From Selaginella moellendorffii (lineage: Eukaryota > Plantae > Lycopodiophyta): DNA of 64,000 bases. The stretch is taken from NCBI RefSeq assembly GCF_000143415.4, contig NW_003314319.1, positions 958,365-1,022,364 of the forward strand, given 5' to 3'. Shown here piece by piece: positions 11,502 to 21,766 of this stretch. A program made the position numbers and the translations under genes. The notes beneath the pieces were generated by a model. It saw nothing but the letters and a program-made list of their open reading frames with translations, did not search any database and was not told the DNA's origin. Every line of letters begins with the position of its first letter. The stretch's first letter is position 1.

Positions 11502-11735
11502 TTAAAAGTTCGAACGTTCTATCTTGAGATTGGGGTGGTACTCAAGCCAAGGTGGAATTTTCATGCCTTCCGGGCAGTCTAGCCTTTTCAGCCTGGGAAA
11601 TGCGCCCTGGCTGTGATTGTGGGACCACAGTGCCTCGTTATGTATCACGCTTTGCCCCGAAATGTGAAGAAATTTCAAACCTGGTAATGATGAAATGGAT
11701 GATGGAATGATACTCTTATCACTGATGAGGGACAA
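11502..11735 (-). pseudogene. LRR-like C-terminal gene fragment
   Basis: SISSLPGLKFLHIS...AFPRLKRLDC resembles LRR repeats. There is no credible 5' part, and it abuts the 3' end of the copia relic. Confidence 0.35.
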
Positions 11736-14560
11736 GGTTTTTTATATTAGTCATTGCATCATGTGATTATATCATGCAACTCTATATTTGACTTCTTTAC
11801 AAGTTGATGCCTTTGTAAATGGAAGTTAACAATTGCACTCTCTTTAACAGACTACCAAATGTTAATTTTAATAGGGTTGGATTTGAGAATATATCAATTG
11901 TAAGCTTTTAAATTTAGACTTCCTAAAATATCACCCAATTTAGTATTATTCAAATTTAAGGACATTTAACCCTAAGTATTTCAAGATCCTTACTCAATTT
12001 GAAAAAAGGGTGTGTTCCTATTTATATGCTTTTTCCCTTTATATTTAAACTTATATAGATCATCTTTTGAGCCATTCTCTTTGTTTTTTTACACCACCTT
12101 AAAGCATTAACAATTGTAAATATAATGTAAATATTAGTCATTTTCACTACTGACAAAAAAATTTCACTATAATCCACCTCTTTGACTTAAGTGAAACCTT
12201 TAGTCACCAAGCAAGCTTTGTTATGAATGGTATTATTGGTTGATTATGAGTTCTCTTGAACACCCATTTATGATCAATAAGTTTTCAATCAAAAGGCATA
12301 AAACAGTATTCAAAAGCCTTGATGGCATTTGTCCAAGATTAGGATTTGCCCCTAGTTAGCCTCATGGTACATTATGGGATTTGATTGTCTACAAACATAC
12401 ATAATTCAACTTCATCATTGGTAAGCAAGGATGTTATGTCTTCAAGCATCTTTTGAAAGGCTTATTGCACACATGGACCTTCCAAGATTGAGGTAACCTC
12501 CATGCCCTGTGCAACAAACAAAAACTTAGGATTGAGAACTTTTTCTTCTTTTTGCTCCCATTGGGGGGGGCAGGGGGGGTTTGCTGCCCAATTACACCAA
12601 GAAGACCTCCCACTCCCCACCAAAGGGCTATAGTAGTGGTAGATATCCTTTTCCCCTCCCTTACTTTGGTTTTTGGGTTTTGGTGCAAGCTAAGGGTGGT
12701 GGCAACCATACCTAAACACCCACTCCCACTAAATCAATGTTAATCCTCTCTCTATAGTTGGTCCCTCCCCCCTCCCTAGTAGTGGTTGATTGGGCATTTT
12801 AACTAGCATGATCCTTAGGGTCATTAGCTGACATTATTGGATCATTAATAATAGCCATAGAATGAGTGGGACAAGTAGATTTTTGTCAACAAACTTAATT
12901 GACATTACATCTAATGGTTGTTTGTATAAAAAGTCATTTTCATCAAAGACAATGTCTATACTAAACATTGTCTCTTTAGTGGTGGGATCCTATAATTTGT
13001 AAACTTTCTAACTATGCTCATTGTCATGAGCATATCCTACAAAATATGAGTTTGACTTTTTGGATCAAGTTTTTTGTAGAGGATGTGTGCATAACCTGTG
13101 CAACCAAAGACTTAGAAATGATAGACATTACGTTTTATGTCAGTTCAAGTTTCTTTAGGAGTTTTTCCTTTAAGTGTGACCGTGAGTAGTTAAGTTTGAA
13201 TATGCATGGCTATTGCAACTGTCTTCTACTAAAATTCTTTGTCAAACTTGCTCCCAACAAGGAGGCTGTGAGCAACATTCACCAACATCCAATTCTTACA
13301 CTCCACAACACCATTTTTCTGTGAGGTGTAGCAAGTGGTCACTTATGCTAGATACATGCTGCGTGGCAAATATCTCTAAAAGCATTGCTGACATACTCTT
13401 TTCTGCCATCTGTATAGAAGTCTTCCCAATCTTCATCTTGAATATGGCCTTGTATAGCTAAAAAGCCTCCACAACCTCAGCATAAAAAAAAAATGCATGC
13501 TTTTTCAACTGAAATCATCAATCACTGTTATAATATATTTCACACCAAAATGATTGAGCACTTCTATTAGTCCACAAAGGTCCGAATGGATCAACTCTAG
13601 AGGCTAGGATGATCATAGTGTAGACAAAGCAAAGATTCTATGATGGTGTTTCCCCAACATGCATGATTCTCAAAAAGTATAAATGAAGCTAATATTTAGA
13701 TGAAGTTTGATTACCATCTTCTTCAGAAGGATATCTTGGAGAGCTTTATAGCTGGCATGACTAAAATGACAATGCCAAATATAGGCACTGCTCTCTGAAT
13801 TTTTAGTCTCAAAATTTGTTTGTGGTAATATAACCGAAAGGGGATATTTCATATAAGTTTTCCCATGCAATAGTGTTTGCCCCATCATGTAAAAGCTTTG
13901 TTTGTCCATAAAAGTGACACGATTGTCATTGAAGACAACAACACTGTTTTCCTTTTATTCCAAGGTTTGTTACAACATCTATAGCATTTGGGCAATTGCA
14001 AGCCCAATGCCCAAATTCCTGGCACAACTTGCAATGGTCTTGACCAATGTGTGTTTCTTGTTTGCTGCAAAGAGTCCTACCAGCATGCCCTCCATGCTGG
14101 TGTAGAGTGGAGGCCGCTCCACCACCATATGAGATGCATCTTCCTTCCCCACAATGGCCTCCACTGTCACGTCCACAGCCTCCATGGCTGCCACCAACAG
14201 CCTCCAACCTCCTCACAAACATGGTGCAATGCACCTTATAACTTTGGGACCTCTCTCTATTCAGCAAGGAAGCGTTCACCAACTTTGTTACTGTTTCATC
14301 AAATGAAAGGTTTGGCTCCCACATCAATGCCTTGGCAACGTCATCCCAGTCTCTCAAAAGTGACTTGGAGAGCTTCACATTCTGCACGGAGTCAAAAACC
14401 TTATGGTCCTTGCCTTGAGAAGCTAAATCTGCATATAGCCCAGAGAGTCCACATGCTATTGCATATCCTCACCATCCTAAAAAGTGCAAACCTTTAAGAC
14501 TGAATGGATCTTCATCAATTCTATATCAAACTTCTTGCTATATAAATCATTGAGCCATGT
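11735..14560 (-). mobile_element. Degenerate Ty1/copia LTR-retrotransposon internal region (gag-INT-RT-RH)
   Basis: On the minus strand: zinc knuckle CKLCQEFGHWACNC (~13980-14030), IWHCHFSH pre-integrase, LELIHSDLCG integrase (~13570-13600), HKWVFKR and KACLVTKGFT*VKEVDYSEIF of RT (~12160-12280), and an RNase H end near 11740-11810. Many stops; no LTR recognised. Confidence 0.88.
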
Positions 14561-14703
14561 CTAGAAATGAGCCCACACCCTAATTTTCCGTATTAAAGGA
14601 CCTTTTGGCTCCACCATTTATAGGGCAGAAGAATATACTGTGCATGTAGTCATTCAGATTTTAGGGTTCTTGGTGGGCAGCAGCGTGATGATCACGGGGC
14701 CTG

Positions 14704-17700
14704 ATGGGGGAGAACACGGTGAGATTCAGCGCCGTCAGCGACATGCTGGAGCGCATTTCCAAGAGCAAGAAGCTGCCGGTGAAGCGCAAGACCTTCCGCA
14801 CCTTTCTGGATCACTTCTACACCGATCGCGAGTATTTCAGCGTGATGCGCCTAGTTCTTCCGGAGCTGGACAGGGAGCGCGGCAACTACGGCCTCAAGGA
14901 ATCGGTGCTGGCCAAGTGCCTCGCCGACGCGCTGGGCCTGGCCAAGGGATCCAGCGACGCCGACAAGCTCGTCAACTGGCGCAAAGGTGGGTCGAGCGTC
15001 GGGAAGAATGCCGGTAACTTTGCGCTGGTCGCCGCCGAGATCGTGGGCAGCCGCCAGAGCCACACCTCGGGCGGCCTCACCGTCAAGCGCGTGAACGAGC
15101 TCCTGGATCAGCTGGCCGAGGTGAAGAGCCGCGAGGAGAAATCCAAGGTCCTGGCGGAGTTCATCAACAAGACCAATCCCGTGGAGATGAAGTGGCTGGT
15201 GATGATCATCCTCAAGGATCTCAAGCTGGGCATCAGCGAGAAGACCGTCTTCAAGGAGTTCCACCCCGACGCCGACGAGGTGTACAACAAGACGTGCGAT
15301 CTCAAGCTGGTTTGCGAGAAGCTGGTGGATCCCAAGGTGCGATTCAAGCGCCAGGACATCGAGGTTGGCAAGGCGGTGAGGCCGCAGCTCGCGTCCCGGG
15401 TGAAGAACGCCGAGGATGCGTGGAAGAGGATGAGGGGGAAGAGGGTGATCGCCGAGTGTAAGTTCGATGGTGATCGCTGCCAGGTCCATAAGGATGGGAA
15501 CGAGGTCCACTTCTTCTCCAGGAGCTCCATCGATCACGTCGAGTTTGCCGCGGCCATGAGCAGCGTTATCTGCGAGAACGTCAAGGCGTCGAAGTGTATC
15601 CTCGACGGGGAGATGGTGGTGTGGAACCGAGTGACGAACAAGTTTGCCGAGTTTGGGACAATTCATGCGGTGGCCAAGAATGCCAAGGATGGCGTCCAGA
15701 GCGACGAGCAGCTTTGCTACATCGTCTTCGACATTCTCTACCTGGACGATTGCAGCGTGATTCACCAGCCTCTCTGCGAGCGACAGAAGCTGCTCGAGCA
15801 GAAGGTGACGACTGTCCCTGGGCGGCTCGAGCTGCTTCAGCCGGATCGGAGGAACTGCGGTGGCCAGCTCTGGTCGATCACTCCACAGTCCGCTGCCGAC
15901 GTCGAGAAGTTCTTCCTGATGACCGTGGATAACAGGGAGGAGGGAATCGTCGTCAAGGACTTCGATTCCAAGTGGGAGCCTGGGGACAGGAGTGGAAAGT
16001 GGATGAAGCTCAAGCCCGACTACGTGAAGGAGAGCGAGATGGATGTGCTGATCATTGGTGGCTACTATGGATCGGGACGGCGGGGTGGTGATGTGGCTCA
16101 GTTTCTTCTCGGCATTGCCGAGCGTCCAGCGAGCGGGTATCCGACCAAGTTCCACTCGTTTTGCAAGGTTGGCACGGGGCTCAGCGATGAAGAGTGCCGA
16201 GTTTTGGTTGACAAACTAAGGCCGTATTTCAGAAAATATGACAAGAACACCAAGCCTCCGAGTTACTACGTGGTGACTAACAACGCCAAGGAGCGCCCGG
16301 ACGTGTGGATCGAGCAGCCGGACAAGTCTGTGCTCCTGGAGGTGAAGAGCGATATCCGAAAGATCAAGTCGGAGGTGTTTGCCTCGCCTTACAGCCTCCG
16401 CTTTCCAAGAGTTACCAGGGTCCGGTACGACAAGCCTTGGAACGAGTGCTTGGATATCCAGGAGCTTGTGAGGATGGTGGCGGAGGACGCAGGTGCTGGT
16501 GTAAATGGAGATGGTGATGGCGGCCGGAAGAAGAAACAGGAGAGGGCTCCCAAGAAGAAAGCTCCAAAGCTTCCTTTGCTGGCGCCTCATATGCAGCAAA
16601 CAGACGTTTCCGGTGTGAAGAAGGTGTCCGACATGCTCAGCGGCCTGGTCTTCTTCCTGGTGAATTTCAAGCTCGAGGAGAAGGAGAGGTTCCACAAGCT
16701 GGTGGCCGAGTATGGAGGGAAGTTTTCGATGAACTTGAATGGCGACGTAACTCACGTCCTTGCCGAGAGTCCGAAGGGCCTTCTGTACGAGACCGCAACC
16801 AAGCGAGGGGACGTGATCCATTCCTCGTGGTTTATGGACTCGATTGCTGCGAAGGAGCTCCTTCCGCTCAGGCCCAAGTACATGCTTCACCTCTCGTACA
16901 AAACGAGGGAGACTCTCAAGGACACTTTGGACGAGTTTGGAGATCACTACTTTGTGGAAGTGGACGAGGCAGACATGAAGCAGCTGTTTGGACGCATGCG
17001 AGTCGAGGACCTCTCAGTGAACGAGAAAGACGTGGACGAGCACAGGGGCAGCCTTGGCGACAGGAAGAACATCTTTGAAGGCTGCTCGTTCTACTTTTAC
17101 TATCCTCGCGAGGCGGCAGTAGCAGATGAAGCGATGATTGCTGGAGTCGTTCTCAGGAGGCTGGAAGTGGAAGTGGAATTGCGCAAGGGTGCTGTGAAGC
17201 CGTCTCTTGCTGGAGCGACTCATATGATCGTGTTCTGGGACAGCGAAAGGGATCACAGTGAAGCCGGTCTCTCTTTCTCGGAGAACAAGCTGGTTTCAAG
17301 CAAGAAGCTGAGAGTCTTGAGTCACAGATGGTTGGAGGAGGCGCTGAGGAGGGACAGTGTTCCTCCGGAGGACGATTACGACGTGAGGCAGGCTTTGGGA
17401 TCTCGGCTGGTGGAAGAGTCTCCTCCACGACAAGAAGAAGAACCAGAGCTTTTGAAAGAAAACTCGGAGCATGAAGCCGGAGATGAAGAGCAGGATGAGG
17501 AGAGGGTGAGTGTTTTTGATACTCTAGTTTTGGAAGAGATGGACGGGCCGGAGAACGAAGAACTCCCACCGAAGAAGAAGCGGCACTTGCAAGGGATGGC
17601 TACCCCGACTCTGGCGAAGACGCTCACTTTGCCAACTACATCATCGAGTTTGGACTTGTGGCCTACCACGCAAGAAGCTGGAGCAAATCCGACACTGGTG

Positions 17701-18222
17701 ATCTCGGAGACTTTGAAGCTTCCAAGTTTCGAGCCACAGAAGTTAGCAGCTTGCTCGGAAACTTTGAAGCTTCCAAGTCTTGAGCCACGGAAGTTAGCAG
17801 CTTGCTCGGAGACATTGAAACTTCCCGAAACTCCTCCAGCGACAGTGATCACCGAGACTGTGAAGCTTCCGAGCTTTGAGCCGGACAAGGCGTTTGACAA
17901 CTTGCTGGCGGATTTTGCGTTCCTTCCCTCGATCACAAGGGAAGCTCCTGCGAAAGGATTTGCAGCTCCACAGCAAAACAAGCCACGGATAGTTCAAGAG
18001 GAAGTAGCGAAGGAAGACACAGCGATGAAGAAGAGCAAAGCAAGCTACAAGATAGAAGTTCCTGTGGAAGGATTTGCTGGAGGATTTGCTGCTCCACAGC
18101 GAAACGAGCCAGGGGCGTTTCAAGAGAATGGCAGCTCCTCCCGGGAAGAAATAGCGATGCCCATGCCCGCCAAGAAGAAGAACAAAACAAGCCTCAAGGA
18201 TGTGGTTCGCAACTTACTGTAA
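14704..18222 (+). CDS. LIG4: DNA ligase IV, intronless
   Basis: 1172-aa ORF with a DNA-binding domain (RLVLPELDRERGNYGLKE), adenylation motif ECKFDGDR, EGIVVK, WMKLKPDY, the OB-fold SLRFPRV and BRCT regions. Confidence 0.97.
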   Translation: MGENTVRFSAVSDMLERISKSKKLPVKRKTFRTFLDHFYTDREYFSVMRLVLPELDRERGNYGLKESVLAKCLADALGLAKGSSDADKLVNWRKGGSSVGKNAGNFALVAAEIVGSRQSHTSGGLTVKRVNELLDQLAEVKSREEKSKVLAEFINKTNPVEMKWLVMIILKDLKLGISEKTVFKEFHPDADEVYNKTCDLKLVCEKLVDPKVRFKRQDIEVGKAVRPQLASRVKNAEDAWKRMRGKRVIAECKFDGDRCQVHKDGNEVHFFSRSSIDHVEFAAAMSSVICENVKASKCILDGEMVVWNRVTNKFAEFGTIHAVAKNAKDGVQSDEQLCYIVFDILYLDDCSVIHQPLCERQKLLEQKVTTVPGRLELLQPDRRNCGGQLWSITPQSAADVEKFFLMTVDNREEGIVVKDFDSKWEPGDRSGKWMKLKPDYVKESEMDVLIIGGYYGSGRRGGDVAQFLLGIAERPASGYPTKFHSFCKVGTGLSDEECRVLVDKLRPYFRKYDKNTKPPSYYVVTNNAKERPDVWIEQPDKSVLLEVKSDIRKIKSEVFASPYSLRFPRVTRVRYDKPWNECLDIQELVRMVAEDAGAGVNGDGDGGRKKKQERAPKKKAPKLPLLAPHMQQTDVSGVKKVSDMLSGLVFFLVNFKLEEKERFHKLVAEYGGKFSMNLNGDVTHVLAESPKGLLYETATKRGDVIHSSWFMDSIAAKELLPLRPKYMLHLSYKTRETLKDTLDEFGDHYFVEVDEADMKQLFGRMRVEDLSVNEKDVDEHRGSLGDRKNIFEGCSFYFYYPREAAVADEAMIAGVVLRRLEVEVELRKGAVKPSLAGATHMIVFWDSERDHSEAGLSFSENKLVSSKKLRVLSHRWLEEALRRDSVPPEDDYDVRQALGSRLVEESPPRQEEEPELLKENSEHEAGDEEQDEERVSVFDTLVLEEMDGPENEELPPKKKRHLQGMATPTLAKTLTLPTTSSSLDLWPTTQEAGANPTLVISETLKLPSFEPQKLAACSETLKLPSLEPRKLAACSETLKLPETPPATVITETVKLPSFEPDKAFDNLLADFAFLPSITREAPAKGFAAPQQNKPRIVQEEVAKEDTAMKKSKASYKIEVPVEGFAGGFAAPQRNEPGAFQENGSSSREEIAMPMPAKKKNKTSLKDVVRNLL
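17704..17883 (+). repeat. 51-bp coding tandem repeat in the LIG4 tail (SETLKLPSxEPxKLAAC)
   Basis: Full units start at 17704 and 17755, with a partial unit at 17806 and a diverged unit at ~17851. Confidence 0.9.
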
Positions 18223-18538
18223 ATTATCATGTATTTAATTAATCCTGATTATGTAACTTGGTTTAGTAAAAAAACGGGTTTAATTTGGATAATGCGGGTG
18301 AATCTTATCCAACGGCTCGTGGCTACGCCACGTGGCATTCTTTACTTTTCCTTGGTGTCTACGTCACTTCTAGCAGTGCTAGTACTACTGTTTGGTGGAT
18401 TGACCTCGAGCGATCGGCGCGGAGGATCCTCTTTGGGTTTGGGTATGATGCTAGGAGTTCGCTAGATCAGACCGAGAGCTAGTTTAATTGGAGGAATTGG
18501 ATACAGGGCTTTGGATCGATCGACTTGCAGGATCGGTA

Positions 18539-19285
18539 ATGGCGACGGCGCATGAGAGACGGGTGGGAGTGGCCATGGATTTCTCCGAGGGCAGCAAGGC
18601 CGCGCTGAAATGGACAGTGGAGAATGTGGTGCGCGGGGGCGACTACTTGATACTCTTCATGGTGGTGAAGACTGAGCTCGAAGGGAAGTCGCAGCTCTGG
18701 GAGCAAGGCGGATCACGTAAGCCCGCGATTTCTCATTCTTCTTCTTTTCTTTCTAAAGTGATCGCTGTGGCTTGTGATAGCTCTGATCCCCCTGTGCGAT
18801 CTGGGCGAAGGGCAGATCTTGAAAGGCTATGGCGTCACTCCAGACGCGGAAGTCGTGACGCTTCTGGAGCAAGTCGCGCGAGAGAAAAATGCACGTACAC
18901 ATCTCCTCGATCGATCGATCGATTCATATATGTGTGGGTTTTGCTAATGCTTTGCACTGTCGCTCTGCCAGATCGTGGTGGTGGGAAAGGTCTACTACGG
19001 TGATCCTCGCGAGAAACTTTGCGATGCTGCCACTGATTTCCCGCTGAGTTGCATGGTCGTGGGAAGCCGCGGCCTCGGCCCTCTCAAACGGTAAGAGACC
19101 ATCTCCTATCCTGGAAGATCATAGATCACAGATCACAGACACGCTACGTGAGAGAGAAAGAGTGATCATATCTATCCATGACCGACGGGTTTGTGATTGT
19201 TTCTTGGATCAGTGCAATCCTGGGGAGCGTCAGCAACTACGTGGTGAACACCGCCCAGTGCCCAGTTACGGTGGTGAAGCACTAG
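18539..19285 (+). CDS. Universal stress protein A-like (4 exons)
   Basis: RRVGVAMDFSEGSKAALKW...YYGDPREKLCDA...MVVGSRGLGPLK-AILGSVSNYVVNTAQCPVTVVKH. Confidence 0.93.
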
Positions 19286-19429
19286 ATCAAGACCATTGTT
19301 ATAGAACGCGTTCTCGATCGTTAAATCGTTAAACGCAGTGCCGTATATGGCGTATTTCTTTCAAGATTCTCTTCGCAGATTTAAGGCAAGAAAATCCTTG
19401 CCCTACGATCCCCATGATTACATTGAAGC

Positions 19430-20163
19430 ATGTCACCTCCTCCAGCAAAGAAGGTAAGTTTATATTGTTTCCATCGTCTGCTCGCAAGCAATGAACGAAA
19501 GTTAACGCATTGGATGATCGCCAGAAGAAGAGCGGGGGGAGGAAGAAGATCCCAATCAAGTTCATCACAGACCCCGAGGCGAGGAAGAGCTGCTTCAAGA
19601 AACGCGTCGGGGGCCTGTTCAAAAAGGCGTGGGAGATCAATCTCCTGGCCAACCCCGTGGTGGAGCTTTTAGTCTACCACGAGGAGACGAAGAAGTTCTA
19701 CCGCTTTGTCAGCACTGACGGGGAGCCCGACTTGAAGCTCTTGCCGGCGTCCATGGCGAGGGTGATCAAGCAGCATCGCGAGGAGATGAATAATGCAAAC
19801 GCGTCTGGAGAGGATCGAGGCTCGCCTGATCCAAGCTCGCCCTCGACAGATACTAGCGCTTTGGAATCGAGCTCGAGCCAAGGAGGGGGCGACGAGGAGT
19901 GTGATGATGATGATGATGAGGAGGAGGAGGAGTGTGAGGATTGGCAGCAACTGTTTATGAAAGAAGAGAATTTGCAATTCCAGGGTGGTGGTGTCTTGCA
20001 ACCTCAAGGACAAGAACAAGACCATGTGTTTGGGAGCAATAACACGCAAGTTGATCCAATGCATCACATCAAACTGGAGTCCGGAGAGATCCAAAACCTT
20101 GACAACGTTGTCCTGGATGATTTCGACGTGAGCGAGTGGCTTCTGGAGGGCCCAAGTGAGTGA
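19430..20163 (+). CDS. Type I-like MADS-box transcription factor
   Basis: A short exon MSPPPAKK, then intron 19454-19524, then GRKKIPIKFITDPEARKSCFKKRVGGLFKKAWEINLL. Acidic C-terminus and no K domain. Confidence 0.8.
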
Positions 20164-20415
20164 AAGCATCAGGACTCTTCTTCTGTCTCATGTTTTAAGT
20201 ACATGTTTTAAGCTATGGCGATAGACTTTCAAAGGCAGACTAGCCAACGTGGTGCTATTCACGTCGTACGATCTCCCGAGCAAGAATCCTGTGCTTCTTG
20301 TTGGGTGGCCTGTAGATTTCAAAGCTCCGGGAACGAATAAAGAATGCCTCCCACGCGTCTCACGCGATCCATCAGTTGAAAAGCACTGGAGATCACAGCT
20401 TACCATCAGTAGATC

Positions 20416-21555
20416 ATGTCGCTGGAGCTCGCGGAGGCCAGGAATGACCGCTGCTCGAGCAGCCACCAAGATGGAGTAGCAGCGGCCGCGGAGGAGCACA
20501 CGAATAAGAGTAAGAAGAACTCCCTGTGGAGCAACTTGAAGCGGAAGAGCCGCCTCTACTGGCTCATGCTCGCGCTCTCCGGCGTCGTCACCGTCGTCAG
20601 CACTGTCTCCGCCTTCCTCATCGGCCGCTTCTACTTCACGCAGGGAGGCTCCCGGCGATGGCTGTCCGCCTGGATCCAAGTCGCCGGCTGGCCGCTAAGC
20701 GCCTCCATGCTCTTCCTCCAGAAAACCAAGAGCCTGCGCGAGATCCTCTCCATCTCCCGCAAGCTCGCCTCCGCCTACGTCGTGCTGGGAGCCATCAACG
20801 GGGGAGTTTGCCTCCTCTACGCCTGGGGGATCTCCTACTTGCCAGCGTCCACGAGCTCCATCCTCATCTCCACGCAGCTCGTGTTTACCAGCCTCTTCGC
20901 GCTGGTGATTGTCCGCAAGCCACTCTCGCCCTTCATGTGGAACGCCGTGGTGCTCATGACGTGCAGCACCGTGCTCGTCGGCCTCCACTCCAGCTCGGAC
21001 AAGCCCCCCGGCCTGACGCACTCGCAGTACATCCTCGGCTTCGTCATGACGCTGGCGGCGGCGGTGCTCTTCGGCCTCCTCATCCCGCTGTTCGAGCTCG
21101 TCACCAAGAACTTGATGGCCTCGTCCAGCTCGGCGGTGGCGGAGCTCATGACCTTCGTCAACATCGTCGCCACCGTGGTGCTGTCCATCGGGATGGCCAT
21201 CAACGGGGACTTCTCGCGGATCTCGGCCGAGTCGCGGGTATTTAAGAGCGGCCGTGTCTCGTACTTCATGACTTTGTTCTGGAGCGCCGTGCTCTACCAG
21301 GTGCAGTATCTGGCCGTGACCGGTGTCGCGATGCTGGCCTCGTCGCTTCTCTCTGGGATCTTGATCACGGCCTCGACGCCGCTGGTTTCAATCTTCGCCT
21401 TCTTCTTCTTCCACGACAACTTGGGAGGGGTGAAGATCATGGCGCTGGTTCTCTCCGTCTGGGGGTTCATCTCGTACGCCTATGGAGGATACCTGGATGA
21501 GAAATCAAAGGCTCCAATCGCCGAGGATAAAAGTAACTACAGAGAGGAAGTGTGA
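20416..21555 (+). CDS. Purine permease (PUP) family transporter, intronless
   Basis: GRFYFTQGGSRRWLSAWIQVAGWP, YLPASTSSILISTQLVFT, roughly 10 TM segments, ending WGFISYAYG. Confidence 0.93.
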   Translation: MSLELAEARNDRCSSSHQDGVAAAAEEHTNKSKKNSLWSNLKRKSRLYWLMLALSGVVTVVSTVSAFLIGRFYFTQGGSRRWLSAWIQVAGWPLSASMLFLQKTKSLREILSISRKLASAYVVLGAINGGVCLLYAWGISYLPASTSSILISTQLVFTSLFALVIVRKPLSPFMWNAVVLMTCSTVLVGLHSSSDKPPGLTHSQYILGFVMTLAAAVLFGLLIPLFELVTKNLMASSSSAVAELMTFVNIVATVVLSIGMAINGDFSRISAESRVFKSGRVSYFMTLFWSAVLYQVQYLAVTGVAMLASSLLSGILITASTPLVSIFAFFFFHDNLGGVKIMALVLSVWGFISYAYGGYLDEKSKAPIAEDKSNYREEV

Positions 21556-21766
21556 ACATAGCTTCTTTTGACCGATGATAAGAGAATGATTTATTTTTAT
21601 TTTTTTGCTTTCGTTCTTTCTGCGTGTCTACCTGCAATGGCCAATGTCAAACTTCTAGTTGAAGACAGCAAGAACATCACATCAGACTTTCAAGTCTGAT
21701 GTGAAGTCTTCTGGAAAGAATGGACGAACTTATAGTCTTCCGGAAAGAATGGACCAACTTACAAAG

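Noticed and set aside
14851-16155. 434-aa antisense ORF inside LIG4
   Set aside because: Shadow ORF expected from high-GC3 codon usage, with no recognisable domain.
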